From: an uncultured Mycoplasmatota bacterium
GTDB lineage: Bacteria; Bacillota_I; Bacilli_A; RF39; UBA660
DNA: 64,000 nucleotides
NCBI GenBank assembly: GCA_946403755.1
Contig: CAMJBC010000006.1
Coordinates: 46,176 to 110,175, forward strand
Direction: 5' to 3'
The translations under genes were made by a program, and so were the position numbers. Shown in pieces: positions 40,957-51,079 of the stretch; positions within the stretch are counted from its first letter, which is position 1, and every line of letters starts with the position of its first letter. The notes below the pieces were generated by a model. It was not told the origin of the DNA. It was given only the letters and a program-made list of their open reading frames with translations, and searched no databases.

Positions 40957-43900
40957 ATGCATAAAAGAGTATTTAAAAAACTATTTTTAGTACTAATGAT
41001 AATAAGTTTATTATTATCAATTTTTAATGTTGGTAAAATATTAGCAGCAGAACCTACATTTAAATTATCTAATGTTAAGATAGAAGATAAGTCTAGTGGA
41101 GTAGAAACTTATATAGAAAGTTATACAGATAATAAATTAGTTACTGATACAACATTTCATAAATTAGATGATTATGTTAAATATAAATTAACTATTGAAA
41201 ATACATCTGATACTAAATATAAATTAGTACTAGTAGATGATAATAATTCAAATGATAATCTAACATATGAATATGATTACAATAAAGATGAAGAAATATT
41301 ACCAAGTAATTCAGTAGATGTTATTTTAACTATCACTTATAAAGATGGAATACAAGAAATTAATCAAAGAACTCAAGATCAAGAAGTTAAAATATCATTT
41401 ATAGTAGAAGATGAAGAAGGTAATACATACGAAGAAGAAATAACTAATAATCCTAAAACTAGTGATAATATTCTTATTTATATTATTTCAGCAATAGTAT
41501 CATTATTAGTGATATTAGCTATTGTATTTAGAAAGAAAATATCTAAGTTATTTGTATTATTAGTATTAATTATTCCAATGATAACTTATGCAGTTACACC
41601 AAGTTTAATAATAGTATTAAAAAATCAAACAAAGTTATTTGACAAAATGGTTGTATATACAAATGTAAATGGAGTAAATGAAACAGTATTAGTTGATTAT
41701 AATACTCCATATGAAAGACCAGAAAATCCACAAAAACCTGGTTATGATTTTGATAATTGGTATGTTGGTAATAAAGTATATAACTTTGATACACCACTTA
41801 CTGAAGATGTAGAATTAACTGCTAAGTTCAATTTAATAACTTATAACATTACATATGAATTAGATGGTGGCAATGTAAGTGGAAATCCAACAACTTATAA
41901 TGTAGAAACAGAAACATTTACATTAAATAATCCTACTAAAGATGGATATACATTTGTAGGATGGACTGGTTCAAATGGAAGCGAACCAAATGCCACTGTA
42001 ACAATAGAAAAAGGCAGTACAGAAGATAAAAATTATGTAGCTAACTTTGTAGCAAATGATGATACACCATATACAGTTAGACACAAATATAAAAGATTAG
42101 ATGGTACTTTTGATGTAGAAACAGAACATTTAGAAGGAAAAACTGATGATGTAGTAACACCAGCTATTAGACATAAATATGGATTTGTAGATCCAAGTAC
42201 AACACAAATTACAATAACAGCTGATGGAAATGCTTATGTTGAATATGAATATATAAGAGAACAATATGTATTAACTTTAGAAAATACTGAAGATATTAAT
42301 ACAACATTTACATCAGGATCATATGATTATGAAACTAAGATTACATTAACTGCTAAAGAAACAGAACATTATGATTTTGTAAAATGGTCTAATGATGAAA
42401 CAAATAATCCTTTAGTATTTAATATAACTGAAAATACTACAATTGGTCCAATATATCAAATAAAACAATATACAGTTTCATTTGATGAACAAGGTGGAAC
42501 AAGTGTAAATGATATAACAAAAGATTATAATTCTGAAATAGGTACATTACCAGAAACAACTAAAGATGGTTACTTATTTGATGGATGGTATACAAATGCA
42601 ACTGGTGGAGAAAAGATAACTAGTGATACTAAAATAATAGGAAATATAACATATTATGCACATTATACAAAGTCACTAGCATTAGCAACAATTTCACCAG
42701 AAAGTATAACTCTAACAAGAGGAGAAGGAACAACTATTACAGTAACAAATGTTGAAGAAGAATATGAATTTATTTCAGGTAACTCAAGTATTGTAACGGT
42801 TGATACTAATGGTAATGTTAGTTCACTTGCAAAAGGAACTACAACAATAACAGTTAGAGGAATAAGATCAACTATTGAAAAAACAATAAATGTGACAGTA
42901 AATCCAATAATGTATACAATAAATTATGATGCACAAGGTGGAACTAGTGTACAATCACAAGAAAAAGAAGAAAATGTTGCAATTGGAACTTTACCTAGTA
43001 CAACAAAAGATGATTATGTATTTGATGGTTGGTATACAAATGGAACTGGTGGAACTAAGATTGATGAAGATACTATAGTAGCTGGAGCAACAACATATTA
43101 TGCTCATTGGTTAAAATCAGTATCATTAGCAAATGTAACACCAGAAAGTATTACAATACGTAAAAAAGAAACAGCTAATATAACAGTAACAAATGTAGAA
43201 GAAGAATATACATTTACATCAAGTGATGAACAAGTAGCTACTGTTAATAGTAGTGGAGTAGTAACTGGTGCTTCTATAGGAACAACTACAATAGTAATAG
43301 AAGGAGTAAAATCTCATGCTACTAAAGAAGTTAATGTAACAGTAAATCCAATGATATGTACTGTAACATTTAATTCACTTGGTGGAGAAAGTATTGCTTC
43401 TAAGACTATAGAAGAAAATAATGTAGTTGGTACATTACCAATACCAGAAAAAGAAAATACTACATTTACAGGATGGTATACAGATACAAATTGGACTACA
43501 AGAATATATGCTGATACAGTAGTAACTGATGATGTAACATATTATGCTAGATATATAGAAGATAATATAAGTAAAGTATTCTTTATACCAGGATCTTGTA
43601 CATTTAATGGACATAAAACATTATCTCAAGTAGGAAATATTACTACTAATTCATCTAAAGGATGTATAAGTACAATTAACCCAAGTGGTAGTAACATTAA
43701 TTATTCAGATGTTAAATATATTGATACTCATATTGCATTATTTAGTAGTGATAACTATGGAAAAGATTTTGAATTAGGATTTACTATAGATGATTATGTA
43801 GCAGATAATACAGTTCATAATCAATCAACAATGGTAAACTCTAAATTAGAAAATGAAGCAGAAAACTATCCAGGATTTGTTGTTAGAAGAAAAGATGCCA

Positions 43901-45558
43901 ATAATGGTATCGAAGTAACAGAAAAATTTGGTAGTAGTACTGCAACTCAAAGAACACTAACTTATAAACCAGGAACTCAAATTAGAGTAGCTAGAATTGG
44001 TGGAAAAATGTACTATTCACAAGATGGTTCAAGTTGGAAATTACTACAAGATATAAATGATTATCCAGGTAGATTCAATCTAACTACTTGGTTTGGTGCT
44101 TTCTCTGATGAATCAGATATGACAAAAACTGGAGAAACTTCAAATGCTGATCGTTACTTTAAAGGAACACTTTCAAATATATATATAAAGATGACTGGTA
44201 TGGTAACACATGCAGTTACATTTGATGCTCATGGTGGAACACCATCATTTGGAAGTAAAAATGTTTTAGAAGGATCTGTAGTTGGAGAATTACCAACAGT
44301 AGAAAAACTAGGATTTATATTCTTGGGCTGGTTTACTGAAGCAGATGGTGGAACTCAAATAAATGAAAATACTGTAATCAATGGAACTGTTACTTTCCAT
44401 GCTCATTATATTGAATCTCATACAGTTACATTCAATGGTAATGGTGGAACACCATCATTTGCTACAAAAGAAGTAGGTCATGGACAAGCAGTTGGAGAAC
44501 TACCAACCGGAACATATGATGGATTTATATTAGATGGATGGTTTACAGATAATAGTTGGACAACACAAGTTAGTGAATCAACTGTTATAAATAATAATGA
44601 AACATTCATAGCTAAATGGAGACTTGCTAATGGAGTGGCTATGATAGGCGATGAAGAATATGGAAGTTTAGAAGCTGCAGTTGATGCTGTTCCAACTAAT
44701 GGAACTAAAACAACTATTAAAGTTCTTCAAGATATTACTTTAGCAGATAAAATAACAATACCATCTACTAAAAATATAGAATTAGATTTACAAAGTTATA
44801 CAATTGATATTTCAGCAAATCTAATGTTTGAAAATAACGGAACACTTCATATTAAAAATGGAACATTATTATCAAATGCTCCCGAACAAATTCCAAATAC
44901 TTCACCTGTTGCTCATGGAGTTGTAGTTTCTAATAAGAGAAATGCAACTTTAAATATTACTGGTGGTTTCTTACATTCAACATTAACTAATGTTATAGAA
45001 AACGCTGGTACAATAACAATGACTAATGGTAGATTAGAAGCAAATAGTAACTCTGCTGCTATTAATAATAACCAATATGGTGTATTAAATATATCAGGTG
45101 GTCAAATAATAGCTACAGGTACTACTAAAGGACAAGCTATATATAACGATAAAGGTACTACAACAATATCAGGTGATGTTTATATAGAAAATACATCACA
45201 ATCTAGTAGTGGTAGTGGTAGAGCAGCTGTTCATAATAATCAAGGAACAGTTACTATAAAAGGTGGAACAATTGTAAGTAAAAAGAATTCTGCTGTTAAA
45301 AATAATGCTACTATGATTATTGGTGATAATAGTAATCCGCTTGATATTACAACACCTTCATTCCAAGGAGATATATATGGTTTAGAACATGTTTCTGGTA
45401 AAACTACCACAGTATATGATGGTATATTTAAAGGAAAAACTGATAGTATTAATGATATTGGAAGTGTTATTCATAATGATAATGTAGATTTTAATACTTC
45501 AAATACAGAAACTATTGGTACTAATACTTATCATGTAGCTTATTTAGAAGAACAATAA
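40957..45558 (+). CDS. Large surface protein with InlB B-repeats, Big_2 Ig-like domains, lectin-like insert and C-terminal beta-helix
   Basis: Repeated V.FD..GG...LP...K.GY.F.GWYT units; SSDEQVATVNSSGVVTG; signal peptide; ATG 40957 after GAGG. Confidence 0.88.
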   Translation: MHKRVFKKLFLVLMIISLLLSIFNVGKILAAEPTFKLSNVKIEDKSSGVETYIESYTDNKLVTDTTFHKLDDYVKYKLTIENTSDTKYKLVLVDDNNSNDNLTYEYDYNKDEEILPSNSVDVILTITYKDGIQEINQRTQDQEVKISFIVEDEEGNTYEEEITNNPKTSDNILIYIISAIVSLLVILAIVFRKKISKLFVLLVLIIPMITYAVTPSLIIVLKNQTKLFDKMVVYTNVNGVNETVLVDYNTPYERPENPQKPGYDFDNWYVGNKVYNFDTPLTEDVELTAKFNLITYNITYELDGGNVSGNPTTYNVETETFTLNNPTKDGYTFVGWTGSNGSEPNATVTIEKGSTEDKNYVANFVANDDTPYTVRHKYKRLDGTFDVETEHLEGKTDDVVTPAIRHKYGFVDPSTTQITITADGNAYVEYEYIREQYVLTLENTEDINTTFTSGSYDYETKITLTAKETEHYDFVKWSNDETNNPLVFNITENTTIGPIYQIKQYTVSFDEQGGTSVNDITKDYNSEIGTLPETTKDGYLFDGWYTNATGGEKITSDTKIIGNITYYAHYTKSLALATISPESITLTRGEGTTITVTNVEEEYEFISGNSSIVTVDTNGNVSSLAKGTTTITVRGIRSTIEKTINVTVNPIMYTINYDAQGGTSVQSQEKEENVAIGTLPSTTKDDYVFDGWYTNGTGGTKIDEDTIVAGATTYYAHWLKSVSLANVTPESITIRKKETANITVTNVEEEYTFTSSDEQVATVNSSGVVTGASIGTTTIVIEGVKSHATKEVNVTVNPMICTVTFNSLGGESIASKTIEENNVVGTLPIPEKENTTFTGWYTDTNWTTRIYADTVVTDDVTYYARYIEDNISKVFFIPGSCTFNGHKTLSQVGNITTNSSKGCISTINPSGSNINYSDVKYIDTHIALFSSDNYGKDFELGFTIDDYVADNTVHNQSTMVNSKLENEAENYPGFVVRRKDANNGIEVTEKFGSSTATQRTLTYKPGTQIRVARIGGKMYYSQDGSSWKLLQDINDYPGRFNLTTWFGAFSDESDMTKTGETSNADRYFKGTLSNIYIKMTGMVTHAVTFDAHGGTPSFGSKNVLEGSVVGELPTVEKLGFIFLGWFTEADGGTQINENTVINGTVTFHAHYIESHTVTFNGNGGTPSFATKEVGHGQAVGELPTGTYDGFILDGWFTDNSWTTQVSESTVINNNETFIAKWRLANGVAMIGDEEYGSLEAAVDAVPTNGTKTTIKVLQDITLADKITIPSTKNIELDLQSYTIDISANLMFENNGTLHIKNGTLLSNAPEQIPNTSPVAHGVVVSNKRNATLNITGGFLHSTLTNVIENAGTITMTNGRLEANSNSAAINNNQYGVLNISGGQIIATGTTKGQAIYNDKGTTTISGDVYIENTSQSSSGSGRAAVHNNQGTVTIKGGTIVSKKNSAVKNNATMIIGDNSNPLDITTPSFQGDIYGLEHVSGKTTTVYDGIFKGKTDSINDIGSVIHNDNVDFNTSNTETIGTNTYHVAYLEEQ

Positions 45559-45643
45559 AAGGACAAGCAATTGTCCTTTTAATTTGACTTTTTATTGACT
45601 TCGTGTTATTATATAGGAACTTTTTAACAAGGGGTGATTTTGT

Positions 45644-46450
45644 ATGGAAAGGAAACAATATTTTAATCTTAATAATTTAAGGCAACATGATTCAAGAGCA
45701 ATTATAGATAAACAATGGTATCATTCTGAAGAAGAAGATCCTGAATTTAATAGATGTGAATCTCCAGAAGATAAAAGTAGAATAAGACATGAAGCTAAAT
45801 ATGTTTATAAACAATTACTTTCTAGTCCAGATAATAGATGTGTTAGAACTATTGATTCAGAAATCATAAGAGTTAATTATTATGCTGTTACTTTTGATTC
45901 AGTTAAAACTACACCTGATGGTAGAGTATTTAATGAAACAGCTGATGCTATAGATTATGATTTTGCATATAATCCATATTATTATAAAAAACTATCTAAA
46001 GAATTAAATAAGTTAGCTAGAAAAGATGACTTATATTTAAATGTTTCTTTAGATGAAAATAAAAAGGCAGAATCATATGTTATGACAGTTTCATCATTAA
46101 CTAGAGAACAATTTGAAAATATATATGGTATAACTTTAGAACAATTCTATGATGCAATAAATGAAAAAGTAGCGCCAGGTAGAACAAGAAAAGAAACTTT
46201 ATTTAGAAAAGCAATTGCTAGATTAAGAAAATCATATTATGAATTTATGATTGCTGATATTAATAGAGGATTTGATACATCAGATATAGAAATGGATGGA
46301 TATAGATCATATTTAAAAATTAGATATGATTTTAGAGATCTACCAAATCAAGAAGAAATATTACAAGAATTAGGTTTTGTTATTGACCCAGAACATTATT
46401 CATTAAGATTAGTTAATGCAAGAGGTCATCAACCAGTATATGATAAATAA
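45644..46450 (+). CDS. Hypothetical protein
   Basis: AAGGGGTG RBS, own promoter and terminator. Confidence 0.78.
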   Translation: MERKQYFNLNNLRQHDSRAIIDKQWYHSEEEDPEFNRCESPEDKSRIRHEAKYVYKQLLSSPDNRCVRTIDSEIIRVNYYAVTFDSVKTTPDGRVFNETADAIDYDFAYNPYYYKKLSKELNKLARKDDLYLNVSLDENKKAESYVMTVSSLTREQFENIYGITLEQFYDAINEKVAPGRTRKETLFRKAIARLRKSYYEFMIADINRGFDTSDIEMDGYRSYLKIRYDFRDLPNQEEILQELGFVIDPEHYSLRLVNARGHQPVYDK

Positions 46451-46496
46451 AAAAGAGGCTATAAAGCCTCTTTTTATGTTATAATAAATATGGTGA

Positions 46497-47768
46497 ATGA
46501 TAATGATTTTAGGAATATGTGATAGTGCAGAAATATTATCTACAATGAGAATTATTAAAATATGTATTCAAATTATTAAGATAGCTGTTCCAATTATATT
46601 GATGATTACAATAGCAATGTCATATACAAAAGCAATAGCTAGTAATGATGAAAATGCTGTTAAAAAAGCACATCAATCTATGATTAAAAAAATGATAGCT
46701 GCTGCAGTAATATTTTTAGTACCAACATTAGTAGGTATTACAGCTAAATTAACATATAATAATTTAGAATATATGAAATGTATAGCTTCTGCTAATCCAG
46801 AAGGAATAGATGATGCTAATTATGAAGAAGCAAAAACATTAATTTCTAAAGCTAGAAAATCATTATTAGAAACAGATTATGTAAAAGCAAAAGTAGCTGT
46901 ATATAAAGTACAAGATACAACTAAAAGAAATCAGTTATTAAGAGAGTTGTCTGAAGTAGCAAGATTAATTAATGAAAAGAATAAACCAACGACTCCAACT
47001 ACACCAACGACTCCAACTACACCAACAACTCCAACTACACCAACAACTCCTACAACACCTACGCAACCAACTGGAACATTGCTTGGTATTCAATCCTCAT
47101 TTAAAATTTATGCTGGTAGTGGTTCTGTTTCAAAATATGCATTTTATGTTCCAAAGAATGCTACTACAAATATGCCATTTATAATATTTATGCCAGCTAA
47201 TGAATATGGAATGAATGAATTAGTAAGAATATTTAATAATACTAAATTACAATTACCACAAGCATTTATGTTTATACCAACTATTAATTTTAGTGGTAAT
47301 TGGCAAAAAGATTTAGAAAGTCAAATAAATACATTAACTAAAAAATATTCGGTTAATATGAATAAAATATCTATAACAGGATTTAGTACTGGTGGATGGT
47401 ATATGTATTATTTTGTATCATCACATCAAAATATGATATCTGCTATATTCCCAATAAGTGTAGGACATAATTTTAATTCAAAAACAATTCAAGATAATTT
47501 AAGTTTTTATAAAAGAATTCCTATGAGAGGTTATGGAGAATCAATAGGTAAATATAAACCAGATGGAACACAATGTGGAGGTTATCCAGCTGGATGGATA
47601 GCATCAACTCAAATGAGTAGTTTATTTAAAGGCTTAGGTAGATCAAATGACTTCATTAATGTTGGACCAATATGTCATGATAAAATATTTAGCTATGTAT
47701 TTAATTTAGATGAAAATAAAGATAATAAAATAGACATATTAGAATGGGCAATATCTCAATCAAAATAG
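46497..47768 (+). CDS. Membrane protein: pilin-like two-TM N-terminus, (PTT)n linker, alpha/beta hydrolase domain
   Basis: IKIAVPIIL...KA......KK......KKMIAAAVIFLVP; ITGFSTGG elbow; CH near C-terminus. Confidence 0.72.
   Translation: MIMILGICDSAEILSTMRIIKICIQIIKIAVPIILMITIAMSYTKAIASNDENAVKKAHQSMIKKMIAAAVIFLVPTLVGITAKLTYNNLEYMKCIASANPEGIDDANYEEAKTLISKARKSLLETDYVKAKVAVYKVQDTTKRNQLLRELSEVARLINEKNKPTTPTTPTTPTTPTTPTTPTTPTTPTQPTGTLLGIQSSFKIYAGSGSVSKYAFYVPKNATTNMPFIIFMPANEYGMNELVRIFNNTKLQLPQAFMFIPTINFSGNWQKDLESQINTLTKKYSVNMNKISITGFSTGGWYMYYFVSSHQNMISAIFPISVGHNFNSKTIQDNLSFYKRIPMRGYGESIGKYKPDGTQCGGYPAGWIASTQMSSLFKGLGRSNDFINVGPICHDKIFSYVFNLDENKDNKIDILEWAISQSK
46986..47072 (+). repeat. 9-bp tandem repeat encoding (PTT)8-PTQ-PT
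   Basis: CCAACNACW units visible directly. Confidence 0.92.
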
Positions 47769-47775
47769 GTGGAGT

Positions 47776-48204
47776 ATGCAAACTGAAAGATTAATTATAA
47801 AACCAACAACTATTAATGATGTAGACTTATTATTAAAAATGGATAAACAGGAAATAACTCAAAAATATTTAGGGGGTGTAAAAGATAAAACTAGAGAAGA
47901 AAGAATAGAGTTTTTAAAAAAGAAAACTAACTCATATACTGTATATTTAAAGGATAATACACCAATTGGTTTTATAGGAATAAATAAAAATAATGAATTA
48001 GGATATATATTTGATTATGATTATTGTAATAAAGGATATTGTACAGAAGCATGTATGGAATTATTAAAAAGTTCAAATTGTAAAGAAGTATATGCTAATA
48101 CTAAAATAGATAATGATAGTTCTAAGAGAGTTTTAGAAAAATTAGGATTTGAAAGAATAAAAGAGGATAACAAATTTTTATATTATGAGGTGGTAAAAAA
48201 ATGA
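47776..48204 (+). CDS. GNAT N-acetyltransferase (RimJ/RimL-like)
   Basis: TERLII, ELGY, NKGYCTEA, N..S.RVLEKLGF. Confidence 0.9.
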   Translation: MQTERLIIKPTTINDVDLLLKMDKQEITQKYLGGVKDKTREERIEFLKKKTNSYTVYLKDNTPIGFIGINKNNELGYIFDYDYCNKGYCTEACMELLKSSNCKEVYANTKIDNDSSKRVLEKLGFERIKEDNKFLYYEVVKK

Positions 48205-48872
48205 ATAATAATGATTTAGTGACATTGAGTGTTAAAAAAGGAAATGACACTAATTATGGCAATTTTGATTTAACAGAGTGTATTAGGAATTTTTCCCTGC
48301 TAGATTTTATTAAAGAAGGAAGAGAAAATCCAGCAAAAGATTTTGGTGGATTCTTAGTATGTACTCCAAAGCAATATATTTTCGGATATAATGCTGGTTT
48401 TGGATATGGAGCACATTCATCATCATTTGCTAGAGCGTTTAAAGATATCAAAGGTGGAGGATCAATCACAACTACAAAAGAAGTAACCAATATAAGTACA
48501 ATGTGCGAAGAAAATTATCTTACCGCACGATTAGCATATGATTGTGAAGGCTATGATGCTTATGGTAGGCCTAAATTCAATGGATTTTTGCATTTTCAAA
48601 CACAATTTGCAAAATTAAGAATTAGCGAAAAAATGTTCAAATCATTTGAAAAATTTATAGAAGACTATAGAAAAGAAATAGAACTTGTTATTAAAAACTC
48701 AAATGGAGCATTTAAATTAAGGTATTATTCAAGAGCAGCCAAAAAAGTACTAGATACATATAGTTTAGATGAAGTAATTGAATATTTAAGAAGTCAAATT
48801 GATTATGATTATGATCCAGATAGTGAAGAACAAATAATTGGTATCAGTAATGGTCAACAAAGAGAACTTTAA
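48201..48872 (+). CDS. Hypothetical protein
   Basis: GAGGTGG RBS overlapping GNAT end; terminator 48875-48906. Confidence 0.75.
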   Translation: MNNNDLVTLSVKKGNDTNYGNFDLTECIRNFSLLDFIKEGRENPAKDFGGFLVCTPKQYIFGYNAGFGYGAHSSSFARAFKDIKGGGSITTTKEVTNISTMCEENYLTARLAYDCEGYDAYGRPKFNGFLHFQTQFAKLRISEKMFKSFEKFIEDYRKEIELVIKNSNGAFKLRYYSRAAKKVLDTYSLDEVIEYLRSQIDYDYDPDSEEQIIGISNGQQREL

Positions 48873-48917
48873 TTAAAAGATAAGATGGGTAATCTTATCT
48901 TTTTTTGCCTATTTTAC

Positions 48918-48945
48918 TTGACAAAAAAGGCTTTTTGAGTATAAT
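48918..48945 (+). promoter_or_regulatory. Consensus SigA promoter of the radical SAM operon
   Basis: TTGACA-16 nt-TATAAT. Confidence 0.8.
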
Positions 48946-48972
48946 AAGCAAAAAAGAAGGGTAGGCGCTAGT

Positions 48973-50322
48973 ATGATTAAAGTTGCAATTAATAATGAAA
49001 ATAAAATGTTTACAATTAACAGTAATAATAAGGTAGAGCCATTAAATAATTCTATAATTGAAAAAAATATAAAATTATCATTAATGGATAAATGCCTTAA
49101 ACCAAAATCTATGATTATGGTTAATAAGAATACAGGGGATATTATTTTTGAAACAAGTGAGTTATATCCTCAACACTTTTATCCACAAACTATTTTAGAT
49201 TATGCTAATGCAATAAAGGTAGGTATGAAAGGTAATTTAGATAATTTACCAATATTATCAATTAGTACCAAAGATTATCCTTATTGTGATTTTAGATGCA
49301 GAGAATGCTTAGCTGATCCAACTAGAATGTGGGCTATTAAAAATATAAATAAATGCGTTTTAGAATTAGAAGAATATAAAAAGATATTAAAAGAAATAGC
49401 ACGTTATTCAAGAGTAAGAGGATGTAATTCAGTTAGATTAGAAATATGTGGTGAAGGAAATCCAGATATGCATCCAGATAGATTAGAAATAATTAAATAT
49501 GCTAAAGAAGAATGTAATATGAGTGTTGTTTATATATCAACAGGAAGCAAAATGAGTGATGAATTATTAGATACACTTGCTAGATATGCATATTATGTAC
49601 GTATTAGTTTACCTGGTATTTCTGAAGATGCATATGAATATTATAGTAATCAAGCTAGTAAAGAAAAATTTACATATAATGACGCTATGAAATTATTAGA
49701 TAGATTATGTAAAAGAAGAAAAAAATATAAAAGAGAAGATGAATTAATGATTGGAGTTAGAACTTGTATAAGAAGTAAAAATGAAGGTCATTATGTAGAA
49801 CTATCTAAAACTTTAGGACAAATGGGAGTAGATAGTTTCCAAATGGTTAAAGTATTAACAGATCATATTGAAGATAAAAGAGACATTGAATTAAGTGAAA
49901 AAACACAACAAGATTTAGTAGAAATAAGTGCTCGTTATGAAGAATTAGGATTAAAACATATACAAACTCCAAAACTATTGGATAAGTTATATATTAATAG
50001 AGATTTTCTTATTAATAAAAAACCAACTAAATGTTTTTCATCAATAGTTAGTCCAATTCTATATGGTAATTCATTAATAGTTTGTATTCACTGGGATAAG
50101 ATAAGAGATAAAGAAGGATCTTATTATGGAATATTAACAGGTAAAGAAAATGAATTAGAAGAAATTATGCAAGGAGAAAGAGCTAAATTTATTAGATCTC
50201 AATATCCAACAAAATGTAGTGATTGTTGTTCATTAAATGATAACTTAATGTTAGAAGTTATAAGAAGTAATTTAGCATTATTTAATGATATGGATATTAT
50301 AGATTTTATGTTAGTTTATTAA
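48973..50322 (+). CDS. Radical SAM protein with C-terminal SPASM/twitch-like Cys cluster
   Basis: CDFRCREC (CxxxCxxC), ICGEGNP, ISTG, VRISL, KCF...VCIH...KCSDCC. Confidence 0.9.
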   Translation: MIKVAINNENKMFTINSNNKVEPLNNSIIEKNIKLSLMDKCLKPKSMIMVNKNTGDIIFETSELYPQHFYPQTILDYANAIKVGMKGNLDNLPILSISTKDYPYCDFRCRECLADPTRMWAIKNINKCVLELEEYKKILKEIARYSRVRGCNSVRLEICGEGNPDMHPDRLEIIKYAKEECNMSVVYISTGSKMSDELLDTLARYAYYVRISLPGISEDAYEYYSNQASKEKFTYNDAMKLLDRLCKRRKKYKREDELMIGVRTCIRSKNEGHYVELSKTLGQMGVDSFQMVKVLTDHIEDKRDIELSEKTQQDLVEISARYEELGLKHIQTPKLLDKLYINRDFLINKKPTKCFSSIVSPILYGNSLIVCIHWDKIRDKEGSYYGILTGKENELEEIMQGERAKFIRSQYPTKCSDCCSLNDNLMLEVIRSNLALFNDMDIIDFMLVY

Positions 50323-50341
50323 TTTAAAAGGAGGGGTTTAA

Positions 50342-51079
50342 ATGGAAAAGTTAGTAGAAAAAAACTTTCTAGGTCAAGATATGGAATTTTATGGTTGTAA
50401 AAGTTGTGCTATATCAAACCATGAAATAACAAACCTAGTTGGTGGATATATCTATGATGATGGTTTTGTTAATATAACAGCTGATCCAGAAGTTCCAATT
50501 AAAGGATTTATGGTTGTTGGTATAAAACCACATGTTTCAACTTTAACTAAATTACAACCTATGGAAAGATTCCAAATAATTGAAACAATAAATAAATTAG
50601 AAGAAATCATGCATTCATTAGGTTATGATCATGTATTAAAGTTTGAAGATGGTTTTTCAACTCATTGGAGAGAATGGGTAATACCAGCTAATGATAAAAT
50701 ATTTTATAATCCTAGAATATTTGAATCAGATGAAAAATCTAGAACTAAATGGATATTATATTATGAAAGATTTGCTATTGTTTTATTTCAAGCATTAGTA
50801 GAAGAAAATATTTCTAAAGAACAATATCACTTATTTATTAATAAATTATATGAAACAAAAGATGTAGATGAATTAGTAATGGTATTTAGAAGTATATGTG
50901 GTAATAATTTTGAAAAAGTATTAAGAAGATTACAAAGTGATAATATGAACTTTGGTAGGGGGAAAAATTTAAAAAACATTTCTAATTATGTTAAAAAATT
51001 TGCAACTGATGAAGAAAAAGAAGAAGTAGTTGAGTTTGCAGAGAAAGTTAAGAGGTTATTCCGTGAATATCATCAATAA
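50342..51079 (+). CDS. HIT-family-like protein with altered triad and internal insertion
   Basis: CKSC, GGYIY, DPEVPIKGFMVV..K.HV, THWREWVIP. Confidence 0.75.
   Translation: MEKLVEKNFLGQDMEFYGCKSCAISNHEITNLVGGYIYDDGFVNITADPEVPIKGFMVVGIKPHVSTLTKLQPMERFQIIETINKLEEIMHSLGYDHVLKFEDGFSTHWREWVIPANDKIFYNPRIFESDEKSRTKWILYYERFAIVLFQALVEENISKEQYHLFINKLYETKDVDELVMVFRSICGNNFEKVLRRLQSDNMNFGRGKNLKNISNYVKKFATDEEKEEVVEFAEKVKRLFREYHQ

Noticed and set aside
48973-50322. Calling the radical SAM enzyme a viperin, MoaA or RiPP maturase
   Set aside because: No family-specific motifs recognised, and no precursor peptide or PqqD-like partner seen nearby.
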